NCBI GenBank assembly: GCA_012295275.1
Contig: CM022667.1
Coordinates: forward strand, 20,522,001 to 20,586,000
Origin: Chrysomallon squamiferum
Taxonomy: Eukaryota; Animalia; Mollusca
DNA: 64,000 bases
Direction: 5' to 3'
Shown: positions 52,214 through 64,000 of the stretch, piece by piece
How positions within the stretch are numbered: the first letter of the stretch is position 1
How the letters are laid out: each line of letters opens with the position of its first letter
Notes under the pieces: model-generated
What the model saw: the letters and a program-made list of their open reading frames with translations, nothing else
Databases searched by the model: none
What the model was told of the DNA's origin: nothing
Position numbers and translations under genes: made by a program

Positions 52214-52847
52214 GTAATAATTGCTAAAGACTGGGAAATCGCGAATGTTAATTTTAACTTTAAAATTTACCGAAATATTAAATATTAGTACATATAACAG
52301 CTATAATCATACAGTAATATAATAAATGTAAGAACAATATACAGACATACAAACAGTGTAAATAAAGAAAAATGTACAGTAGAAAATGTAGGTTGGTTGA
52401 AGTTAACTTAATAGAACCTAAAGGCAAAGTTTCAAGTTCCCATTTTGCAATTTTTCCAGATTTGGTCCGGATTTCCCAATCTGTAAATCGAGGTCCATGA
52501 AATTGAGGATCAACATTATTTATTAATATCTGAGATAAAATCCCAAATTTTGATCGTGTTAAAACATTTGTTTTGTTAAACTTTCAAATTTTAAACAAAT
52601 ATTTCAGTAATCAGAATCTTTTCTGTTTATTCTAAACAGTTAATCTAAATTTAATTTGAAGTAAAATGAGATAACTCTCATACAACGAATGTATTCAAAA
52701 CAAATAAAGGAATTCAGTTGAATGTAGCCGTGAATGCTGTAACGACAGGTTTTCACAGATCCAATACGCACCCTCTCGTGTGATATGATTTATTAATCAA
52801 GTAACTATTGTATAGGCCACCTCAAATCAGACTTTTTAAAAAAATGT

Positions 52848-53216
52848 TAAATTAGTTATTTAATAAAATAATTATGAAAAAAAATACAACCCAAATCTAT
52901 AGTTTTTAAATTTTTTTTCAGTTCGTATGCTCTGGGTAAACCTTTCTTCAGAATAAAGATGATCTCGCTGTAAAACTCACCTAAGGACCTGTTCGAAAAT
53001 ATGTGAACGTTATTAATATTGTTTTCTAATGTATCTAGAAAGACCCCTAAAAAAATACATGTAGCATTATAATCCTTGATCTACAAAACAACCATTGTCT
53101 CTTTTAGAAAAGGTTTTTATATCAGCCATATTCACCACTACTACCACTACACTACCATCACCATTACTACCACTACTACTACAATACCATCAGCATTACC
53201 ACCACCACCACTACTA
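52848..53216 (+). repeat. Inverted repeat, left arm (~369 bp)
   Basis: Near-perfect reverse complement of 57272-57640. Confidence 0.93.
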
Positions 53217-55520
53217 TTACTAAACTACCATCACCATTACCACCACCACCACCACCACTACTACTACTACACTACCATCACCATTACCACCACCACCACC
53301 ACTACTACTACACTACCATCACCATTACCACCACCACCACCACCACTACTACTACACTACCATCACCATTACCACCACCACCACCACTACTACTATACTA
53401 CCATCACCATTACCACCACCACCACCACCACTATACTACCATCACCATTACCACCACTACTACTACACTACCATCACCATTACCACCACTACTACTACAC
53501 TACCATCACCATTACCACCACTACTACTACACTACCACCACCACCACCACTACTACTACACTACCATCACCATTACCACCACCACCACCACCACTATACT
53601 ACCATCACCATTACCACCACTACTACTACACTACCATCACCATTACCACCACTACTACTACACTACCACCACCACCACCACCACTACTACTACACTACCA
53701 CCACCACCACCACTACTACTACACTACCATCACCATTACCACCACCACCACCACTACTACTACACTACCATCACCATTACCACCACCACCACCACCACTA
53801 CTACACTACATCACCATTCACCACCACCACCACTACTACTACACTACCATCACCCACCACCACCACCACCACCACCACTATACTACCATCACCATTACCA
53901 CCACTACTACTACACTACCATCACCATTACCACCACTACTACTACACTACCATCACCATTACCACCACTACTACTACACTACCACCACCACCACCACCAC
54001 TACTACACTACTACCATCACCACCACCACCACCACCACCACTACTACTACACTACCATCACCATTACCACCACCACTACTACACTACCATCACCATTACC
54101 ACCACCACTATACTACCATCACCATTACCACCACTACTACTACACCACCATCACCACCACCACCACCACCACCACCACCACCACTACTACTACACTACCA
54201 TCACCATTACCACCACTACTACTACACAACCATCACCATTACCACCACCACCACCACCACTACACTACCATCACCATTACCACCACCACCACTACTACTA
54301 CACTACCATCACCATTACCACCACCACCACTACTACTACACTACCATCACCATTACCACCACCACTACTACTACTACTACTACACTACCATCACCATTAC
54401 CACCACCACCACCACTACTACTACACTACCATCACCATTACCACCACCACCACCACTACTACTACACTACCATCACCATTACCACCACCACCACCACTAC
54501 TACTACACTACCATCACCATTACCACCACTACTACTACACTACCATCACCATTACCACCACCACCACCACCACCACTACACTACCATCACCATTACCACC
54601 ACCACCACCACTACTACTACACTACCATCACCATTACCACCACTACTACTACACTACCATCACCACCACCACCACCACCACCACCACTACTACTACACTA
54701 CCATCACCATTACCACCACCACCACCACCACTACACTACTATCACCATTACCACCACCACCACCACCACTACACTACCATCACCATTACCACCACTACTA
54801 CTACACTACCATCACCATTACCACCACCACCACCACCACTACACACCACCATCACCATTACCACCACTACTACTACACTACCATCACCATTACCACCACC
54901 ACCACTACCACTACACTACCAACACCATTACCACCACCACAACCACTACTACTACACTACCATCACCATTACCACCACCACCACCACCACCACCCCCACT
55001 ACACTACCATCACCACCACCACCACTACTACACTACCATCACCATTACTACGACCACCACCACTACTACTACACTACCATCACCACCACCACCACTACTA
55101 CACTACCATCACCATTACTACGACGACCACCACCACCACTACACTACCATCACCATTACCACCACCACTACTACACTACCATCACCATTACCACCACCAC
55201 TACTACACTACCATCACCATTACCACCAACACCACCACCACTATTACACTACCATCACCATTACCACCACCACCACTACTACACTACCATCACCATTACC
55301 ACCAACACCACCAACACTACTACACTACCATCACCATTACCACCACCACCACTACACTACCATCACCATTACCACCACCACTACTACACTACCATCACCA
55401 TTACCACCAACACCACCACCACTACTACACTACCATCACCATTACCACCACTACTCCTACTACTACACTACCATCAACATTACCACCACCACCACCACCA
55501 CCACCACTACTACGACTATT
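53133..55520. repeat. 2.4-kb G-free compound satellite: (CAC)n(TAC)n-ACTACCATCACCATTAC modules
   Basis: Seen directly. It produces the spurious 863-aa H/Y/T/P ORF. Confidence 0.95.
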
Positions 55521-55649
55521 ACTGCCGCTGCTGCTGCTATTTCTGCTACAATTAACAACAACAACAATAAGCAAATAAATAGTATTTATTTCGTGACTTT
55601 TTTAAAATGTACAAAGTTAAAATGTTCTGCAATGGAATTTAATATAAAA

Positions 55650-57212
55650 AATAATCGCGTTTATTGATTCAGTCATCATTTTCTTTGAATTCTGAAAATG
55701 TATTGTTAACATCAAATTCTCTCTAATATAAAAACGACAAAGTAATAATAATAAAAAATAAATAAAATATTAACAACAATTGCATGATTTTGTGAACTAA
55801 TGGTTTTAAATTATATCTAATAAAAATTATTAATTAATTGAAAAAACACAAACCCACACACACATAAAAAAAATCAAACAACAACAACATTAAATTCTAT
55901 TGATAAACCCAGAATAGCTAGTGCCTAGCATGTATTGTAATTCAAGAAAATATATCAGTCCAAGGAACATAACTCTGGTTAACATGGAATGAGAATGATG
56001 GAGAAAAAAAAACTGATTATCGGTTATATGGAGTGAATGACGAAAATTATAAATCCAGATATTATTATTATCAAAAATTGATTCAATCATCATTTTCTTT
56101 GAATTCTTAAGTAATATATTTACTGTTAACATCAAATCCGCCCTAATATAAAAACGACAACGTAATAATAATAAAAAATATTAAAAATATTAACAACGAT
56201 TGCATGATTTTGTGAACTAATGGTTTTAATTTTTTTTTTAAATTAGTTAATTAATAAAAAAAAAAAAAAAAAAAAAATCCCACCTAAGCACAAAAACAAC
56301 AACAAAAAAAACACCCAAAAAACCAAAACCCCACGAAACATTAAATTCTATTGATAAACACAGAATAGCTAGTACATAGCAGTATTGTAATTCAAGAAAA
56401 TGTATCAGTCCAAGGAACATAACTCTGGTTAACATGGAATGAGAATGATAAAAAAAAAAAAAACTGTTACTATCGGTTATATGGAGTGAGTGACGAAAAT
56501 TAGAAATCCAGAAATATTATTATTATTATTATTATTATATAGTAGTAGTAGTAGTAGTAGGTGCCCTTTTCATAGGCTATTACGCGTTTATATTCGTTCG
56601 GACATTCTCTACATATTATGACATTTTATACACTGCAGTAAAAAAATGTAATCGCATTTATTGATTCAGTCATCATTTTCTTTGAATTCTGAAGATTTAT
56701 TGTTAACATCAAATCCTCTCAAATATAAAAACGACAACGTAATAATAATAAAAACTATAAAAAAAAAAGTATATATTAACAACAATTGCATGATTTTGTG
56801 AACTAACGGTTTTAAATAATATCTGAAAAAAAAAAAAAAAAAGAAGAAGAAGAAAAGTAGTAGAAACAGAAAAGAACCATTAAATTATATTGATTAAACA
56901 CAGAACAGCTAGTGCCTAGCAGGTATTGTAATTCAAGAAAATATATCAGTCCAAGGAACATAACTCTGGTTAACACGGAATGAGAATGAAACAAAAAACA
57001 AAACAAAACTTTGATTATCGGGTATGGAGTGAGGGACGAAAATTAAAATCAAGAAATTATATTAATATTATTATTAGTAGTAGTAGTAGTAGAATTATTT
57101 AGTTAGTTAGTAGTAGTAGTATTGGGTGCTTTTTAATAGTAGTAGTAGTAGTAATAGTAGTAGTAGCTTCAGTAGTTTCGCTATTACGCGTTTGCATTTA
57201 TTTGGACATTCT
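55650..57212 (+). repeat. Three diverged tandem copies of a ~420-575 bp unit
   Basis: attgattca.tcatcattttctttgaattct at ~55662, ~56077, ~56660. atcagtccaaggaacataactctggttaaca at ~55954, ~56404, ~56945. Confidence 0.92.
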
Positions 57213-57271
57213 GTGAAGTGAAGTGAAAAAAATTGACGTGCTAATCAGAGCAAGCTGTTGTGAAGCACATG

Positions 57272-57640
57272 TAGTAGTGGTGGTGGTGGTAATGCTGATG
57301 GTATTGTAGTAGTAGTGGTAGTAATGGTGATGGTAGTGTAGTGGTAGTAGTGGTGAATATGGCTGATATAAAAACCTTTTCTAAAAGAGACAATGGTTGT
57401 TTTGTAGATCAAGGATTATAATGCTACATGTATTTTTTTAGGGGTCTTTCTAGATACATTAGAAAACAATATTAATAACGTTCACATATTTTCGAACAGG
57501 TCCTTAGGTGAGTTTTACAGCGAGATCATCTTTATTCTGAAGAAAGGTTTACCCAGAGCATACGAACTGAAATTTTTTTTAAAAACTATAGATTTGGGTT
57601 GTATTTTTTTTCATAATTATTTTATTAAATAACTAATTTA
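57272..57640 (-). repeat. Inverted repeat, right arm (~369 bp)
   Basis: Near-perfect reverse complement of 52848-53216. Confidence 0.93.
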
Positions 57641-57650
57641 TTAAATAACT

Positions 57651-58096
57651 CGTGGACCTTGCACAGTTGGTGCAATCCGTTCAGCTGGCAGCGTTAGGTC
57701 ATGGACATGGAAGCGAACAATATGACGATCTTGGACGATTCTTTGTGTTCGTTATTGGTCTTTTCTCCTGTGGAGTCTAGTGGTTTGTGGCGTCCAAATC
57801 AATGTGCAACGACTGCACTCGAAATGTCAACTTGAAGAATGCCTAAGGCATGTATATGTTCCTCAGCTGTCAGCCTTGCCATCATTTGTTCATAACAGAC
57901 CATCTTTTACCCCGCAGTCAGCACGATTTGCACATTCAGTTTCCTACTAGGAAGGCAGTGTATTTTGTTTTGATTTTGTGTTTCATGTAACCATCTTCAT
58001 GCATGATCTGTAAGGCAGTAGTCATTGATATTTTTAATGCTGGTAAGGTTTTTTTATTATTATTAACTGTTGGTGCGTTTTCAAAGCTGCTCAGTA
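57651..58096 (-). mobile_element. 5' fragment of a decayed Tc1/mariner element
   Basis: Minus strand gives MARLTAEEHIHALGILQVDISSAVVAH*FGRH... and QDRHIVRFHVHD..LPAERIA, matching the Tc1 transposase N-terminal HTH and QDR motif. TIR-like end TACTGAGCAGC..AAAACGCACC at ~58096. Confidence 0.7.
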
Positions 58097-58695
58097 ATAT
58101 AAGAAAGTTAGAAATTACATCACAAAGATACTATATATATATATATAGCTTGATAATGGACTGTATCAGATAGAGTGCTTTTCTGTAGGCCTATGACGTT
58201 TTCTCTCGGACAAGTGAAAATACTAAAGTTCATCTTCTGTATGTGGTTCAGTCAACTGCTCAACACTGTCTTTAAGTTCATCTAAGGCGTTACCACCATG
58301 TGCACATCTGTCATTTCCTTGCCAGTTTCACTATAATGTCTTTGGCATTGTTGTAGTTAAAATTTGGAAAAGGTGGGTTTTGCTTATTGCACAAGTTCAT
58401 CAAATTTTCATAAATTTTTATACTGAAGTGAACAGTACTAACATACACGAACATGTACAAGGTCTAATTTCTGAACGGCTTTGTTGACTTGTAGCAAACG
58501 GCAACAAACTGTGTTGTTGTTTTGTTAGATGCTGCATAAACACAAATTCCACTCTTCCATTTTCTGCAAAAGACCGTTAGCATGAAGTCTGATATAATCA
58601 AAATATTAAATAAATAAAAATAATTCAATAAATCAATAAAGTAAAATAAAACAAAATAAAATTACATTATATTAAATAAAATTAAAAACGAAAAT

Positions 58696-58822
58696 TGACG
58701 TACTTCCGGGATGAATATTACACGCAACAAATTTATGTTACACCGGTATCTTTCAAAATAGTGCGTGATGGTAAAGAAATTATCCAGACAGAAAAGACAA
58801 ATACAAGAAAACGCTGAGCCTG
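58696..58822 (+). promoter_or_regulatory. Candidate promoter and non-coding first exon of the plus-strand gene
   Basis: TGACGTACTTCCGG (half-CRE overlapping an ETS site) at 58696-58709, local CpG enrichment, and donor CTG|gtaagc after 58822. Confidence 0.5.
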
Positions 58823-59124
58823 GTAAGCAATAGAAGTTTATATTTATGATATCTGTTTTTCTTATTTGATAATATGACAAAATTTATTACAGCTGTCACT
58901 CGAATAAGCCAACACTAATAACAGCAGGCGGAATGAAATCTGCTTAAACTTAAAGTGCTTTGTGAGTGTGACGTTTGCGGGAAGACTCGTGCCTCTGCTG
59001 TCTCGCTGATACTAATCTAAAGTTCTTCATGCACTTCTTATAACAAGGCTAGCAGATTGGCTTTATTTGCAGAAGTTGTGCAAAATATGTATTATATCTG
59101 GTAATAATGATTTTGATGAATATA

Positions 59125-61527
59125 TACTATTCAACAAAAAGTAGGGCATATCACATAATTAAAAAGTCATCAAAAGGACATTTTTGTTGTTTTAATGCGA
59201 TAAACCATGTAAACACGATACAGTATTTCAGTATTCAGTAGTTTTCATGTGAAGAAGTACATCTACTGTCCGAGTTTCCACCAAGAGGAAAGAAAATTAC
59301 ATATACATACAATGAATAGAATGGTAGTTACTGGTGACCCCAAGTCTCATAAACATTATGGTAACATGGTTTTTATTACAACCTGCCCAGTACAGTAGCT
59401 CTACAAAAGAAAAGAAAATGTCTAATTATAACACTAGTTTTGTCTTCCAAAAACAATATATCAACAAAGCATTCAAGGATTGAAGAATTTCATGAAATGC
59501 TAAATTTTCTGCAAGCCATAGTCACATAGTGTTTTCTTTGTAATGCAGTTCTGCATCCTCTAGTGACTGTTGAGAGCCAATAAAAAAATGTTTATGTTCA
59601 TTATGATTATTGTTAAATGAAACAGAGTTAATTTAATTTCTGATCTGTAAGTATGGGTGCCTTTGAAAGAGTAACAGATGAAATATTTTAGAGTTTATTT
59701 GCCAACAAATGAATTTTGGTTTAGTAATGACCAACCCAAGCTGACAAGTCATTTAAAATGAGACAATAATTAGGCAGAATTCATTTGGCAGATATACTCT
59801 CAGATATATTTCCTTTTGAAGACCTATAATACTTGGCATGTTGGATACAAACCATTAAACTGCATCAAACATGTTAGTGCACTGTCTAGTAGGTATGTGA
59901 CAAAATCATACTTTAATCATTACCTGAGTTCACGCTGTCCGTGCTAGCATTTGCATCATACGTGACATACAGCGCTACCATAGTTATTTGCCCTTTTTTT
60001 AAATTCCAAGAATAAAAACATTTTAGTCATTTAGTACACATATTTGTCCACTGCTTTCCTTTTCAATTTTTCCTTTTGCTGTTCCAGTATTTATGATTTT
60101 CTGGCCAAAAATATCTTTTTAAAATTATCCATGCACAAAAATAAAATGAAGTTTGGCAACTTTCAAAACTAGTCTACCTTGCAGATCAAGTAGTTCATCA
60201 TTATTTTTATTTCACAGTGTGGTGTGGAAATCTATCTTAACAGAATCACTGCCATAGGCCTTTGAAAGAAGTGTAATTTTTTTCATTGTATTGTGATACA
60301 AATGTTAGGTTTTTCTGCCCTTGGAAAATTTTAGGCTTTTTTATCCTGCTACCTTTTTGGTAGAAACACCAAATTGACCATAATGTGAAAATGCAGTCAG
60401 TATTGTGTAAATCATCCTCTGTTTGCAAGACAGACACAAATTTGATGTGGCAAAACTCCAGGGTAAGCTTGGTTAAAGTTATTCCACTCATCCTGCATAG
60501 CAATGACAAATATATGGCAAGTGGTAAGCAGCTGTTGTCATTGAGGTAAGAATCTACCAAGCATATATATATAGGTCAGTAGGTGAGTGCCAGCCATGGT
60601 AAAGTGGTCAAGTTTTGAGCCTGGAGGTAAACGGTAACAATGCTGGCTCTATGTGCCTTGGCACTGTCATCTTGAAGGTAAAATGTCAGCCATGACAGTG
60701 TGTTCTGCAAAGATGTTGTGTTAGTGCAGATCAGTGAGACATCCATTGACAATGTGCAAAATAACTGTGATACCACACTATATCATAATGGACCCAGTAT
60801 GACAATGCCACACTCAGTTCATCTGTCATGAATGTCCTTAGTGAACTTGCATTCATCAGAAAACATGACATTCACTAATTGTCCCAGCAGTGGGCTCATG
60901 ACACCAATGACATCTTTCATAAATGTGACAGTTCAATAAAATATGGAATGATTCAAAGGTGCCATGCATGCAAATGCCACCTACATAGCCAATTTATAAT
61001 TATCTGGCTATTCATTGACATCTGTGCTGTGTGAAGCTTGTATCTGAATATGGTTTCTGATGTATGAATGAAGTGATCCTTTGAGATATTGTAATCCCTG
61101 GTTTGATTAGAGCAATGATTATTATGAACATTATATGCCTGATGGAAACATGGCCATAATCTGCTTATCAATAGTTGTGACACATTCAGCATTCAGACTA
61201 CATGCCAAGCACATGAATACTCACCAGTGTGTTATCAGGTGACATCAATGCATGTAGAAATGTATAAATTCAAAACAAACTGCTGCAGTTGAATGTTTGA
61301 GTAATAAAGAGTATCACTGGAATGGCTAGGAATTACCTGTTCACTTTAATACAAACCACACAGTGCATCCCTGTGATATTAATATGGACCATGTGCAAAA
61401 TGTCTTTGCAATCTTTATGGCAGGTATTGAACATTCTAACATGGTTCTGTTTCTTTTCAGCTTCAGATTCTCCATAATTAAAAATTAATGGAATGAAATG
61501 AATATCCCCTACTTTTTTTATATAGTA
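59125..61527 (-). mobile_element. Decayed Tc1/mariner element with both TIRs (transposase pseudogene ~61240->60300)
   Basis: Left TIR TACTATTCAACAAAAAGTAGGGCATAT, right TIR (reverse complement) TACTATATAAAAAAAGTAGGGGATAT, TA on both sides. Transposase relics VMFSDECKF (~60845-60870) and LQDDSAKAHRASIVTVYLQAQNLTTLPW (~60595-60680), with stops and frameshifts. Confidence 0.8.
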
Positions 61528-63327
61528 TATATTTTTCTGATAAGTATCTACTATATCCAGTTATATTGAATATGAAATGTCCTAATTTCAAGTATTACTC
61601 AACTTTAGATGTTCCAAAAAAGTATGAGCTGTTTATGTTTTAATTGTATATATTTCCAGTTTCTACAAAATATTAAAACATCTCATTCAGCCAAGTGCTG
61701 CAGTCTTAATAATAATAATAGTAATAATCTTGAATGTACTCAATGAACTTCATACAGATTTAAATTTAATTATAAATTTTGGCAACTGAAAATAATCAAT
61801 TATAATGAAATTCTCATAATAGTATTACGTAGCAAAAACTGTATAATTATTTTACACACCCATCTGTTTATTTTTAATGTGTTTTTCTTATAAATAAACA
61901 CTAAACATAAATTTGTAAGCTTTTTTTCTAAATCAGTTTATGCAAAATAGCAAACATTTTACATAATCTATGTATAAAGATAAGTGGAACTTGTTGGAGG
62001 AATTTGGAACTTAATTATCTTTTTAACTACAGTGCATAAAAAGCTAGGCGACAGTTAATAAGTGCTTTTGCAGAATTGTATGCTTCTGATTTATAGTTAA
62101 ACAGCTTCTTGTTTTTATTAAATTATTATTAAATAGACAGTACTTTATTTATTTTAATTTATATATTTTATTTCTTTTCATTACTATAAAGTTGAATTGT
62201 CATCAACATAAAATGTTAGTTTTTATCTGTTGTGGTAAGGATCTTTTAGTTGATCAACAGAAATTATAATTTCTGTCTTGTTTCCAACTAGTAAAAATAT
62301 AAAAGTACTTACTTAAAATGTTAACAGAAAATAACAAATTTTAATTAATTAAATTATTCAGTTTAAGCACTGGGATATATTTGTAGAAATTAAATTTGTT
62401 CAGATATATACTTTAGCAGTATTTGTATTAATAGTAAACTTAAAAAGTAAACAAAGGCTTTTGATGTATGACTGCAGGTATTTTATATTTTTACATCAAC
62501 TGCAATAGTGACTGATAAATTGAGATAATAATAAATTAGGTTTATTTTTAGGTTGACATTACTTTTACTAGTTCAAGATATTTATTACCTAAGGCAATAG
62601 ACATTTGTCTTACAGTTTCATTTCATGTTCATAAAAAAGAGTAAATGTGATGTTTTAGACAAAAACTTTCAAGTACATATTTGCAAACAAACTAACCTCT
62701 TACAGTCATTGTTAATTAAAAAAAAAATTTATAAATATTACATAATAGTGCTCTATCATTCAGTTGCTGTTGTATTTTCTTCACAATTAATTTTACTAAT
62801 TGCTCTGTTAGTCACACACAATAAAATATAACTTAGTCAGCAATATTTAACATGAACGGATGCATTGATGAATCATGCATAGTCTTAACTGAAAGGGGAA
62901 AAAATACAATTAAATACCTTTGATACATAAATTTATCAGCTTATTTGGTCTGTTAACTTTGTAAATGACAGCCATCTTAGCTGGCTTAGTAAAATTATAC
63001 ATGTAATCTTGGAGTAGGGGTATTAAGTCATATAACAATACCAGGTCAAGACCATCAGAAGTAAGGTGAATTTTAAAATCAGTATGGATAAGGTGAATTT
63101 TAAATATCAGTATGGATAATTTTGTCTTGAATCTTTATTTTGACTATATTATTATATTTTTGTTTTATATCTTTTGGCTTTTAATAGCTGTTTCTGAAGA
63201 GAGAGTGACACTAATAATTGAGCTCATAAAAAAATGATATATCTAGCATTTTATAGACCAAACATAGGCAAACCACATTGTTCATCATAAGGCAGGCTGC
63301 ACTATAAATAAACCAAAAATCTAAAAA

Positions 63328-63377
<50 letters not shown>

Positions 63378-63622
63378 GGTCTGGATAAATGAACAACAAC
63401 AGCATAAAACCTGCAGAGTTGGTTTTTTTTGTTTTTTAGGTAGAGAGATGTCAGACTGCTTGACTGGCTTACTTTATCCAGAGAGTAAAGTTCATCAAGA
63501 AGTGCATTAGAGACAATAACAGTATTCATAAAGACATGGATAAAGATTGATAAACCATTCTGGATGTTACTGTGTTTTTAATTTCTGTGCGATAAATTAA
63601 CCACCATCAACATAAGTAAAAC

Positions 63623-63815
63623 ATGGAGTGGATTAGGCAGTTTCGTGATACACCTAGTCAGGACTGGCCCAATGTGGTAAGAGGTTGCCTTGCAGTGTGT
63701 GCTGAAAAGTTTCAGAAATTAAAATGGGAAAATGGAACAACTGTTGAAAACAAGCATTCCAGCAGTGTTGATGCCAACCCTTTGGATGGTTCAGCTTCAT
63801 CGGCTTATTCTGGCA
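63623..63815 (+). CDS. Probable first coding exon of an unidentified gene (3'-partial)
   Basis: Acceptor ttttgttttttag| at 63439. In-frame TAA just before aaacATGG. Non-repetitive 64 codons (MEWIRQFRDTPSQDWPNVVRGCLAVCAEKF...). Consensus donor |gtaagt at 63816. Family not recognised. Confidence 0.6.
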
Positions 63816-64000
63816 GTAAGTAAAATATCATTTTCAGTTTTATGATGTAAAATAATTAATTTTGTTTCAAATTTGTACATTTTTGCCCAGTATTATGCAG
63901 AGGTGTGTTTTCAGAGAGGTTGGAATCTTCTAAATATTGAGAATTTTCAAAAACTCAAGTTTTTGTAATATTTAAGCTAAAGCTCATAAGTGGTTATGCT

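Noticed and set aside
53076-55667. 863-aa His/Thr/Pro-rich ORF
   Set aside because: It is almost entirely a G-free satellite that cannot form stop codons. It starts at TTG and shows no frame preference.

Overview
AT-rich, microsatellite-rich animal genomic DNA, probably a gastropod mollusc (inferred from the gene sequences and a degenerate SINE-like relic). Three protein-coding genes are present. (1) On the minus strand, the first 8 coding exons (8300->278) of an SLC6 monoamine transporter of the NET/DAT/octopamine-transporter type, running off the left edge. (2) On the minus strand, a complete hexa-EF-hand calbindin-32/Cbp53E-like gene (49485->17418) whose last coding exon is duplicated (11a, 11b), giving two alternative versions of EF-hand 6 and the C-terminus. 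(3) On the plus strand, the probable first coding exon of an unidentified gene (63623-63815). Also present: a non-autonomous hAT element with TIRs and an 8-bp TSD, decayed Tc1/mariner elements, several minisatellites and a ~370-bp inverted duplication about 4 kb apart. The most notable observations are a ~37-copy tandem array built from a real 3' splice site plus exon start, a cluster of Rbfox UGCAUG motifs and a candidate post-stop donor behind calbindin exon 11a, and a SERT-like Tyr plus a PPxY motif in the transporter. All exon boundaries were read by hand. No database search was run.
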